Assembly: GCA_964627605.1 (NCBI GenBank)
Contig: CAZVGZ010000001.1
Location: forward strand, 47,325 to 111,324
Direction of reading: 5' to 3'
Source: an uncultured bacterium
GTDB taxonomy: Bacteria > Latescibacterota > MWCZ01 > CAZVGZ01
Length of the DNA: 64,000 bases
Shown: piece by piece, positions 38,149-46,862 of the stretch
Numbering within the stretch: position 1 is the stretch's first letter
How the letters are laid out: each line of letters starts with the position of its first letter
Program-made: the position numbers and the translations under genes
Notes under the pieces: generated by a model
Seen by the model: only the letters and a program-made list of their open reading frames with translations
The model's database searches: none
Told to the model about the DNA's origin: nothing

Positions 38149-38562
38149 ATGCCAACCACCATCACCAAAAGTTTTCGCTTTGAGGCGGCGCACCGTCTGT
38201 ATGATCCGACTCTAAGCGACGACGAAAACACAGAGCTTTACGGCCCCTGTGCGCGGCTGCATGGTCATAGTTATGAGGTCCGGGTGACAGTCGGCTCCAA
38301 CGAGCTGCAACACGGCATGGTCATCGACTTCACTCATGTATCGGCGCTGGTAAATGAAGAGATCATAGGGAAATTCGATCATCAGGTCCTGAGCGATTTG
38401 CCGATACTCTCTGGTATTATTACGACCGCCGAGGAATTGGCGTCGTGGATATGGGACCAGCTAGCTCAAAAGTTCGACGATCGTGGTGTATTTTTGCGTA
38501 GAGTCGAAGTGTGTGAAACCGTCGATGCCTGGGCTACAGTGACAGCAATTACGGAACATTAG
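38149..38562 (+). CDS. 6-pyruvoyl-tetrahydropterin synthase / QueD-family protein
   Basis: 137 aa with the CxxxHGH zinc/catalytic motif (CARLHGHSYEV) and a PTPS-fold layout. The SD gagg lies 6 nt upstream; the gene is coupled to the preceding methyltransferase. Confidence 0.8.
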   Translation: MPTTITKSFRFEAAHRLYDPTLSDDENTELYGPCARLHGHSYEVRVTVGSNELQHGMVIDFTHVSALVNEEIIGKFDHQVLSDLPILSGIITTAEELASWIWDQLAQKFDDRGVFLRRVEVCETVDAWATVTAITEH

Positions 38563-38621
38563 GCACAGAAGGCGTCTAAGGTGTTGGCGTACTGCTGAGG
38601 GTGGGCGTACGCTTGACGTAT

Positions 38622-38641
38622 GGGTATTTGTTATTCGAAAG
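38622..38641. promoter_or_regulatory. AT-rich imperfect palindrome TTGTTA-ttcgaaag-TAACAA upstream of the corrinoid protein gene
   Basis: 6-bp inverted arms flanking a TTCGAA core, in an otherwise GC-rich spacer about 90 bp upstream of the 38729 ATG. Confidence 0.35.
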
Positions 38642-38728
38642 TAACAATGTTCGTGCCCAGGCCGGATTGTGGAGGTTTCCCGCTGGCTGGAAGGGCGTAA
38701 GCGCGCGCACGGCAAGGAGGTAACTCGC

Positions 38729-39367
38729 ATGGCCGATTATCAGGCGATTGCGGATGAAATCATCGTAGGCAACCGAACAAAAGTAGTTGAACTGGTAGAC
38801 GCCGCACTCGACGAAGGGGCGCCGGCCAAAGATATCTTGGATCATGGCATGATCACGGGAATGTCCGTGGTCGGCGAGAAGTTCAAGAACTGCGAGTTTT
38901 ATGTCCCCGAAGTGTTGGTGGCCGCCCGTGCGATGCACGCAGCGCTCGACGTACTTCGACCGCTACTCGCCGACTCCGATGTCCAGCCCGAAGGCACAGT
39001 GGCCATCGCCACCGTCAGAGGCGATCTCCATGACATTGGCAAAAACCTTGTGGCGATGATGCTTGAAGGCGCTGGCTTTGAGGTCGTTGACCTTGGTGTC
39101 GATGTCTCGCCTGAAGGTTTTGTCAATGCGGTCAAGGAGCAGGGCATTAACGCGATCTGCCTCTCGGCGCTTTTGACAACGACTATGCCCGCTATGCAGG
39201 ATACAGTGACTGCACTCGAAGCCGCTGGAATACGCGACACTGTCGCCGTGGTTATCGGCGGTGCTCCAGTGACGCAGAAATATGCCGACCAGATCGGTGC
39301 CGATGGCTACGCCGCCGATGCCGCCAGCGCAGTGGACGTAGTCAGAGAGGTCATGGTTAAGGCCTAA
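38729..39367 (+). CDS. Cobalamin-binding corrinoid protein of a methyltransferase system (MtaC/MtbC/MttC-like)
   Basis: ATG at 38729 with an aaggagg SD. N-terminal helical B12-binding-2 domain, then a Rossmann B12-binding domain with the DxHxxG motif (GDLHDIGKN) and …LSALLTTTMP…GGAP…. Confidence 0.85.
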   Translation: MADYQAIADEIIVGNRTKVVELVDAALDEGAPAKDILDHGMITGMSVVGEKFKNCEFYVPEVLVAARAMHAALDVLRPLLADSDVQPEGTVAIATVRGDLHDIGKNLVAMMLEGAGFEVVDLGVDVSPEGFVNAVKEQGINAICLSALLTTTMPAMQDTVTALEAAGIRDTVAVVIGGAPVTQKYADQIGADGYAADAASAVDVVREVMVKA

Positions 39368-39483
39368 CTCCACTTGAGCCAAATGGTCGCTGATTCCATC
39401 GATGAATGGGGTGCTCTCCAAAAAGGGGTGGCATCCCATTTCTCTTTGCTGTCGGTGGGTCCGCAGCGAAACCTGAGAGGGAG

Positions 39484-40539
39484 ATGAAAATGAGTGAGAC
39501 GGAGTACACGGTACATCCTCATTTAAGAAGTCGATGGGATGCGGTGGGGCGAAAGTTGAGATTTATCGCCACCACTAAAGGTGAATGGGAGACATGGCGA
39601 GAGGCGACTAGCGCGAAGCTTAAGGAACTGACCGGCTACAACACGATGGTCGGCAGTGAGTTGCAGCCCAAAATCACCGATGAAGTGGTATTCGACGACT
39701 ACATCCGTCAGCGTGTTGAGATAAACACAGAACCCGATGTGGTAATGACGCTCTATGTCATGATTCCAACCACGGGCACCCCGCCATTCCCAGCCGTCTT
39801 GGCCCCCCACGGCCACGGCAGCGGAGGGAAGTACTCCGTCGCAGGGATAACCGATCACGGCGACGACATCGCAAACGCCGTCAAACACTACAACTACGAC
39901 TACGGAATCCAATTCGCCCGTGCTGGTTTTATCACTTTCTGCCCAGACGCCCGAGGGTTCGGAGAGCGGCAGGAGGAGGGTGCTAAAAACAGCATTCTCA
40001 ACTCATCATGTCAGCTGATAAACAACATGGCGCTTCCATTGGGACAGACGGTAACGGGCATGTGGGCGTGGGACCTGCATCGACTGATCGACTATGTAGA
40101 GATGCGTGACGACGCCAGGTCGGAGGGCGTCGGGTGCGGCGGTCTATCCGGGGGAGGGCTCCAGACGCTATGGGCGTCAGCACTTGATGAGCGGATTACG
40201 TGCTCGGTCGTCAGTGGTTATATGTACGGCTATCGCGAGTCGCTTCTGGACCTTCACGGCAACTGCTCATGCAACTATGTGCCTCATCTCTATGAATACG
40301 TTGACATGGGCGACATCGCCGCTCTGATCGCCCCGAGACCGCTCCTTGTGGAGACAGGCGACCAGGACCCGCTCAATGGTGCCAGCGGAGTCGCCAACAC
40401 CGAATCGCAAGTAGACATCGCCTGTCGCGCCTTCCGCCTCTTGGGCACAGAGGATTCACTATCACACGACATATTTGAAGGCGAACACCGCTGGAATGGC
40501 GTTGAGGCGATCCCGTGGATGGTCAAACATCTTCAGTAG
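39484..40539 (+). CDS. Alpha/beta-hydrolase fold esterase (acetyl-xylan-esterase/dienelactone-hydrolase-like)
   Basis: ATG at 39484 (MKMSETEY) with a gagggag SD. Nucleophile elbow GLSGGG (GxSxG). About 350 aa. Confidence 0.65.
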   Translation: MKMSETEYTVHPHLRSRWDAVGRKLRFIATTKGEWETWREATSAKLKELTGYNTMVGSELQPKITDEVVFDDYIRQRVEINTEPDVVMTLYVMIPTTGTPPFPAVLAPHGHGSGGKYSVAGITDHGDDIANAVKHYNYDYGIQFARAGFITFCPDARGFGERQEEGAKNSILNSSCQLINNMALPLGQTVTGMWAWDLHRLIDYVEMRDDARSEGVGCGGLSGGGLQTLWASALDERITCSVVSGYMYGYRESLLDLHGNCSCNYVPHLYEYVDMGDIAALIAPRPLLVETGDQDPLNGASGVANTESQVDIACRAFRLLGTEDSLSHDIFEGEHRWNGVEAIPWMVKHLQ

Positions 40540-40743
40540 GTGACAGATTGATCGCTTACATAAGATCGCTTGTGTGCCAGTTGGAACCCCATCAACCGCA
40601 GAACACTAGTCGAAGGGCTCGATGGGTTAGGCGGCCACCTCTACCTCGGAATTACGAGAGGTCGCCGCTGCATAGTCGGCTGCAGGCTGGACATGAGGCA
40701 CATCAACCACTAGCTTTTGGTCGATCGATTTATAAAGAAAGCC

Positions 40744-42492
40744 ATGCCGGGAAACCAGAGCGCTATGTCAAACGAAGGGTCAGCTATCAGCAGCATAGAA
40801 TCCCCTCATATAGATCGTGCGAGCATCCCTACGGAAAGCTCATCTTCGGCTGCCACAAGGGTTCTGTTTGTCTACCCGCCAGTGCGTCTAAATCAGCCTC
40901 CCAGGTTTCCGCCGTTTGGGATGATGTATCTCGGCGCTGCGCTCGAAGAGGCCGGGATACATGTGGAGTTGATAGACATCAACCTGCTGCGAGTGCCGTT
41001 TGAAGAGGTGATGGCGATCATCGAAAGTCGCCAGTTCGACGTGATCGGCATCGGTGGCATGACGACTGTCTACTACTATATAAAGGCGCTCTCGCTACAT
41101 CTGAAAAAACGTTTCCCAAATATACCCATTATGGGCGGCGGGAGCGCTGTGTCCGCTTCTCCCGATCTGGTTTTGACAAATACCGGTATTGATGTGGCGT
41201 GTATAGGGGAAGGCGAGCCGATAATTGTTCAACTCGTTCGCCACCTTTCAGAAGGCCAAGACCTCGACGACATTCCAGGAATCGCCTATCGACTTGCTGA
41301 CGGATCGATCCGCCACACCGCTCCGCGACCTCGCTTTCTTGATATCGACAGTCTACCCTTTCCGGCCTACCATCTTGTGGACCTGGAACCCTATATCAGC
41401 AACAACATTAAAGTGAACGGGCGAAGCCCACAGATCCAAGCGCGTGTAGAGCAGCTGGGGATCGACCCAGTGAAAGCAAGCAGGCCGATACCACTCTTCA
41501 GCAAACGAGGCTGCCCTTTCGGGTGCAACTTCTGCTACCGCAATTTCGGGAGGAAGACAGCCCAGGCGTCGGTCGATTCCGTGCTCGACCACATGAGCAT
41601 GTTGGAGGAGAACTACAACACGGTGTTCTTCGTCTTTTCTGATGAGATATTCAACGTCAGCAAGCGATGGGTGACGGAATTTTGCGAGCGGATAATAGCT
41701 GAAGACCGCAAATACATCCTCGCTACCAATAACGCCATGCGTGCGAATACGGTCGACAGAGAGATGTTGGTGATAATGAAAAAGGCCGGATTTTGCCAGA
41801 TAGCGATCGGAGTCGAATCTTTCTACGATCCTACCCTCAAAGCCATGGAAAAGAACCAGACGGCTGAGACGGTGGCAAACGCCCTTCGATTGGCGCGCGA
41901 GTGCGACATGTTTACAAATGGGGCACAGCTCCTGTTCGGGTACGAAACCGACGGACGCGAGTCGATGGAAGCCAACGTCAAAGCGCTGACAGAGTTGGGA
42001 TTCTCGTCGGTTGGGTTCGCAATCCCATGCCCCTACCCGGGCACAGCCCTGTACGATATAGCCCAAAAGCGCGGTCTGCTCGGAGACGAAGAGGGGTGGT
42101 TGCTTGAGCTGGCGGATCGGGACATCTCAGACCGGATGGTGAACCTCTCTAAAATGTCCGATGGTGAGATCCTTCGGCACATCGAGTGGGGAAACGATCA
42201 GCTGGAGATCAACCTGATCCGCAAGAAGCACCCCATCGTAGCATGGATTTTGGACTACCTTCAACCTGCGCTAAGGAGGCTTGGCGGTCTAAACGTCACC
42301 GCCCTCTGGACTCAGGTGTGGTCCATTTTGCGTTACCAGCGGCGGCTTGTAAGGCCCGAAAGCGTCTATTTTGACACAGGCCACGACCGTACAGCGCTTC
42401 GCGATGAGGTATTCGACCTCCTTGAGGAGTTGGACAGGGAGAAAAACGAGACTCAGTCACAAGAAGTGCGTCGGTTGGAACCGCTCACCTAG
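40744..42492 (+). CDS. B12-binding domain-containing radical SAM protein
   Basis: N-terminal B12-binding Rossmann region (RVLFVYPP…FGMMYLGAALEEAGIHVELIDIN…DVIGIGGMTT), then a radical SAM motif CPFGCNFC (CxxxCxxC) and elp3-type core. The start codon is uncertain; 40717 and 40765 are alternatives. Confidence 0.8.
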   Translation: MPGNQSAMSNEGSAISSIESPHIDRASIPTESSSSAATRVLFVYPPVRLNQPPRFPPFGMMYLGAALEEAGIHVELIDINLLRVPFEEVMAIIESRQFDVIGIGGMTTVYYYIKALSLHLKKRFPNIPIMGGGSAVSASPDLVLTNTGIDVACIGEGEPIIVQLVRHLSEGQDLDDIPGIAYRLADGSIRHTAPRPRFLDIDSLPFPAYHLVDLEPYISNNIKVNGRSPQIQARVEQLGIDPVKASRPIPLFSKRGCPFGCNFCYRNFGRKTAQASVDSVLDHMSMLEENYNTVFFVFSDEIFNVSKRWVTEFCERIIAEDRKYILATNNAMRANTVDREMLVIMKKAGFCQIAIGVESFYDPTLKAMEKNQTAETVANALRLARECDMFTNGAQLLFGYETDGRESMEANVKALTELGFSSVGFAIPCPYPGTALYDIAQKRGLLGDEEGWLLELADRDISDRMVNLSKMSDGEILRHIEWGNDQLEINLIRKKHPIVAWILDYLQPALRRLGGLNVTALWTQVWSILRYQRRLVRPESVYFDTGHDRTALRDEVFDLLEELDREKNETQSQEVRRLEPLT

Positions 42493-42744
42493 CCTATTGG
42501 CGAACGGGGTATTTAGCACACCTGCGCTACCGAATCTGTATTCGGGGCAGGGAGGCCCGGTGGCAGTGCCTGGACCGGTCAACTGGCATGGTGCGAATGG
42601 TAGAAGTCGCCTGAGCTAGAGCGACTGATTTCGTCGGTGGGCCACCATTGCGCCTGAAAACTCTGTTCGTCGCCACGTGTCCGCTCATCACGACTGGGGG
42701 TCAGAAGCTGCTCAGCGGTCAAGGAGATCGCCGAGTACACCCTG

Positions 42745-42954
42745 GTGGTCGATTCGTTGGAACTGAGATACCGCGTAGGAAGCGCCACCGGTGAGGTGAT
42801 AATCACTACAATCGGACACCCGACATTCGCACAGGATGACATCTTCGGCGAACCGGTCGACTTGGCGTTCCAGATGCTGGGACGCGCCAAGTGCGTTGAT
42901 GCTGGCTACTGCCTATGTCCCACAACTCTGGCCGAGACAGGACAGCGCGTGTAG
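42745..42954 (+). pseudogene. Remnant of a class III adenylate/guanylate cyclase catalytic domain (C-terminal about 60 aa only)
   Basis: Product …RYRVGSATGEVIITTIGHPTFAQDDIFGEPVDLAFQMLGRAKC… matches the cyclase pattern vGihtGevv.G.iG....ytvfGdtVNlAaRle. An upstream in-frame stop lies at 42655-42657, with no N-terminal cyclase sequence before it. It sits inside a 630-bp non-coding stretch. Confidence 0.45.
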
Positions 42955-43119
42955 ACCGGCTCAGCGGGATGTATTTTAGACAGGCGACTTCTGTACGCCG
43001 TTTGCTCGTAGCGGCCAAACCTGCCATATGGCTCCCGCCAACGCCCACCCGTAATCCAACCGAGACCTGCCGCCGACATTCAAGTGACTCAGTCTGGTGT
43101 ATGAGGGTTGTTGTTGTTT

Positions 43120-43995
43120 CTAACCCCGCAACCCCAACTCCTTGAGAATCACCAACCAGTTGTCAAGGCAGAGGCGCGTGGCGAATTCGCCGGATTCGGA
43201 GAAAGCAGCGCCGCCAGGGCGGTTGAGCTGGTCCTCAGAGAGCGATTGAGGCCGCCAGTGGGTCTCTAGGGAGACATAACCCTCGTAGCCGTCGTGGATC
43301 AGCGCTTGGAGTTGACCAGGCATGTCCACCGCGCCATCGCCGATGGGGGTGCACTCCGGTTCGCCGGTTTCGGCGTTTAGATGGGCGTCTTTGAGGTGCA
43401 TGTGCGGCATTCGGTCCTTAATCGCCTCGTAGCCGTCAGGATAGGGTATCTCTCCAGCAGTGTCGAAAATGTCATTGGCTGGGTCCCACATTGCGCCTAC
43501 GCGGTCGCTGTCGAGGTCTGACAAGAACCGGGCCAACACCCGGCCGTTGCCAACCATAGTGCTGGCTTCGTTTTCAATCGCCAGCGTCTTGTTATAGCGC
43601 TCCAAGATTTCCAATGGCTCATCAAATGCCGACAGAATCTCGCCCCACCGGTCGTCAGGGTTGCCTTTGAGCCAAAAGGTGAATCCGCGTATGATGTCGC
43701 AGTCGAAAACATCGGCCAGCTTGCAGCAGCTCTCAAGAATTGCGAGATGTTCGGCACGCTCGGCTGGGGAATCTATGTCGCACTTGTAGAACGGTGCCGC
43801 GATGCTGCATATCGCCAGCTTGGAGCCTTTGAGCATCTCCCGCATGTCGCGGATATCACGGTTTTCCAACTCGTGCGGCGGCTTGTCCCACGCCGAGCGC
43901 ACCTCCAACCCGTCTAACCCATACTCCTGAGCCAACTCCACCGCTGCACCAAAATCTTGCGAAACCTCGTCGGTGAATACACCCAATTTGAACAT
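43120..43995 (-). CDS. Sugar phosphate isomerase/epimerase (xylose isomerase-like TIM barrel), second paralog
   Basis: Start at the ATG at 43995 (MFKLGVFTDEVSQDFGAAVELAQEYGLDGLEV) with an aggag SD. Carries …LAIENE… and …HLKD… motifs. Confidence 0.75.
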   Translation of the reverse strand: MFKLGVFTDEVSQDFGAAVELAQEYGLDGLEVRSAWDKPPHELENRDIRDMREMLKGSKLAICSIAAPFYKCDIDSPAERAEHLAILESCCKLADVFDCDIIRGFTFWLKGNPDDRWGEILSAFDEPLEILERYNKTLAIENEASTMVGNGRVLARFLSDLDSDRVGAMWDPANDIFDTAGEIPYPDGYEAIKDRMPHMHLKDAHLNAETGEPECTPIGDGAVDMPGQLQALIHDGYEGYVSLETHWRPQSLSEDQLNRPGGAAFSESGEFATRLCLDNWLVILKELGLRG

Positions 43996-44153
43996 GAAAC
44001 AACTCCTGCGTGTGATGGGGAACACATACATGAAATTGTACGGGCGCGAAGGTTAGACTAGCAAGTCGAAGCTTCCTTGACCCGCCGCTGGGTTTTGGAT
44101 ACACTACGTCACGTAAATCCAAAGAGGCTCCCATCGGCTGTTATCCGGGTCCA

Positions 44154-46862
44154 TTGATGCTTGACGAGTCGTTCGCAACCGCCCTGTCGCACCTACCTGT
44201 GGCGGTGCTGACTGATCCCGCCGAATGTTTGGTCTACTCAGGCGACGCCTCCCTCTGTCAGGGGCTTCCCGCCGCAGTCATTCTGCCTGAAAACCTCGAA
44301 GAGATCTCCGCCGCGATGAAACTGGCGGCTGAGCATGGCGTCTGCATTGTCCCCCGTGGCGCTGGCACCGGCTTGGTTGGTGGCGCGGCACCGAGCGATC
44401 AGGACGTTATAATCGCCCTCAATCGAATGCGCTCAATTGATGACAGCCACATTGCTGATGGGTTGCTCTTGGCCTCCCCTGGCGCAACCGTTCAGGAGTT
44501 GGAGACCACAGCAGCGCAGAGCATGTGGCATTACGCACCGGACCCAGGCAGCGGACAGACTTGTACCGTTGGCGGCACGGTCTCTACTAACGCCGGTGGC
44601 CCCCACGCCTGGACGGGCTATTCGACTAGGGATGCGGTTTCCCAGATCACGATGGTGTTGGCGGACGGCAGCAGTACGAGGCTCGGCGGCCTGACGAGCG
44701 AATGGCCGGGAGTCGATCTTGCGGGGTTGGTGTCAGGGAGTGAGGGCACTCTGGGAATCATCGCAGGTGCTGCCTTGCGGTTGTCGAGGCCGCAGCAGGC
44801 GTGTGCAGGGCTCGTGGCAGTTTTTGATGAGCTAGTGGACGCGGTAAGTGCAGGAGTGGCGCTGAGCGGCGACGGCGTGGATATCGATGCGATCGAAGTG
44901 GTGGACGCGCTCTTGGTAGACACGGTCAACCCTGAGAGGCGAGGGCTTCCTTCATCTGGTAGTCACGCTGTACTGCTCGCTCAAGTGTGCGGCAGCAGTG
45001 ATAGCCTCACTGGTGCCCTTGACCGCATTGCGCTTCTCTGTGGGCGTGAAGGAGCGCTCAATATGGGCAGGCACACCGGGGAAGACGGTGGGCGTCAGAT
45101 GTGGGATGGTTGGCGTAAGACGATAGGATCGGTCGGTCGGCTGGCCGCGCCCACAAGGTGGGTGGGTTTGGCGACGAAACCGAGCAAGCTCGTGGAGACT
45201 ATAGAGGGGTTGCAGAAGCTGGCGCGCGATCATCAGCGGGAGGTGGGTTGGCTCATCCACGCTGGCGACGGAGGGATTCAGGCCGCAGTGCCTACGACAC
45301 TTGATGCGGCCAGCGCCGACCCCTTTGTGGAGCAGATGTGGCGCCTATGCAGTTCGTTTGGCGGCGTTCCCACCGGTGAGCACGGGGTTGGCAGGCTCAA
45401 TAAGGCTGCGCCAGCCATTGTGCTTTCAGAAGCAACCTTCGAAGCAAAGCGGGGAATAAAGCGGATTTTTGATGACCGGGTGTGCCTAAATCGTGGTACT
45501 TGGCCTCCAGAGCGGGCCGACCGGCGGGTTGATAGGTCTGACGAGGCGGTTGAGTACCGCACGGTGGTACACCTCACTGAGTTGATTAGCTCGGTCGCGG
45601 CGTCCAGCGAGGCAACCGCAGTAAAGCCGAATTCAGCGAAGGAGGTCGCCAGAACGCTGAGAGCCGCAGCATCCGACGGCGTTTCACTCGCTGTGCATGG
45701 TACCCCGAGCGACCGCGTGGTGGACATACAGTTAGATCGACTCTCAGAGATCGGCCCATGGAACCCAGAAGATCGTGCGATAACTGTGGGGCCTGGCGTC
45801 AAAGTTTGTGACCTTGATAAACTCGTCAGGTCGCTGGGTTGGAGGTGGCCTGTAGATCCTCCAGCTGTGATGGGGGAAACCGTTGGGCAGGCCCTGGCGT
45901 ACAGGCGCACCGGCCCGCAGAAACTTGGTTGGGGTGACATACGTGAGCATGTTTTGGGTGTTGAGCTCGCAACCACGCGCGGCGACCTGATCCGATGTGG
46001 TGGCCCAACGATACGCCACAGGGCTGGCTATGACCTGAGAGCGCTCGCTGTGGGAGCACGCCACAGTTTGGGCGTAATTACCGAAGCGACACTGCGATTG
46101 AGGCCACGGCCAGATGCCCAAGGGGCGCTAATCGCTGTGTTCGACACGGTGGATGGTTGTGGGCTCGCAGCCAAGACGTGGCTGAAGTTGGGTGGAGGCA
46201 CCGCTTCTTTGCACCCGACAGCGGTTGTGGTGATGTCGGTCTCAGGTGAACTCACACTTGACAGAGATTGGCAGATGGTGCTTGATGCCGACCGATATAC
46301 CGCAGTCGTGGGGTTTGAAGGTACTGAGGAGTCTGTCAAAACTCAGCTAAACTCCGCCGCCGCTGTGGGGCGAACATTCGAAATGACAGACCAGGTGCTC
46401 CTTAAGGAGAGTCGTGCCGACAATGTGTGGACCGCGATATCGATGATGCGCGGGACCGAAGGTGTCGATTGGCGTACGAATACGCGGGCGCGGTTCCATA
46501 TACCGACCTCCCTCGGCGTCTGGCTCTTGGAAGTTCTCCAGAATCGGCTGCCTGACAACAGCGAGGCCGAGATTGTCGGGGATGTCGGTTGCGGAGTCGT
46601 CGAGCTGGTTATAGGTCATGACGACGACGGCTGGTTGGCGGGTTGGCTCTACGATCAGGGCGAACTGGTGGTTGAGGATGGTGGCTGGTTGGAAGTTGTA
46701 GATGGCCCCTATTTAGGAACTGTAATCGCCGACGAAGACCCTGTAGCTACGCGTTTGGCATGTGACCTCAAAAGTGAGATGGACCCATCGGGTACTCTTC
46801 CTGAATGGAAACACACCGCCCCCAGTCTGCCTGCTTCTGACAGCTCTTCAGACACCGAATGA
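44154..46862 (+). CDS. FAD-linked oxidase with two tandem FAD-binding (PCMH-type) halves (GlcD/GlcE-like fusion)
   Basis: 902 aa. The N-terminal half has the FAD-binding domain (VCIVPRGAGTGLVGGAAP…). The second half repeats a FAD-binding domain (SLAVHGTPSDRVVDIQLD…). A BBE/GlcD-like cap follows each half. Confidence 0.7.
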   Translation: MMLDESFATALSHLPVAVLTDPAECLVYSGDASLCQGLPAAVILPENLEEISAAMKLAAEHGVCIVPRGAGTGLVGGAAPSDQDVIIALNRMRSIDDSHIADGLLLASPGATVQELETTAAQSMWHYAPDPGSGQTCTVGGTVSTNAGGPHAWTGYSTRDAVSQITMVLADGSSTRLGGLTSEWPGVDLAGLVSGSEGTLGIIAGAALRLSRPQQACAGLVAVFDELVDAVSAGVALSGDGVDIDAIEVVDALLVDTVNPERRGLPSSGSHAVLLAQVCGSSDSLTGALDRIALLCGREGALNMGRHTGEDGGRQMWDGWRKTIGSVGRLAAPTRWVGLATKPSKLVETIEGLQKLARDHQREVGWLIHAGDGGIQAAVPTTLDAASADPFVEQMWRLCSSFGGVPTGEHGVGRLNKAAPAIVLSEATFEAKRGIKRIFDDRVCLNRGTWPPERADRRVDRSDEAVEYRTVVHLTELISSVAASSEATAVKPNSAKEVARTLRAAASDGVSLAVHGTPSDRVVDIQLDRLSEIGPWNPEDRAITVGPGVKVCDLDKLVRSLGWRWPVDPPAVMGETVGQALAYRRTGPQKLGWGDIREHVLGVELATTRGDLIRCGGPTIRHRAGYDLRALAVGARHSLGVITEATLRLRPRPDAQGALIAVFDTVDGCGLAAKTWLKLGGGTASLHPTAVVVMSVSGELTLDRDWQMVLDADRYTAVVGFEGTEESVKTQLNSAAAVGRTFEMTDQVLLKESRADNVWTAISMMRGTEGVDWRTNTRARFHIPTSLGVWLLEVLQNRLPDNSEAEIVGDVGCGVVELVIGHDDDGWLAGWLYDQGELVVEDGGWLEVVDGPYLGTVIADEDPVATRLACDLKSEMDPSGTLPEWKHTAPSLPASDSSSDTE

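Noticed and set aside
40744-42492. The B12-binding radical SAM enzyme as the anaerobic sulfatase-maturating enzyme for the sulfatase at 52060
   Set aside because: anSMEs are SPASM-domain radical SAM proteins without an N-terminal cobalamin-binding domain. This protein has the B12-binding/radical SAM class-B architecture.
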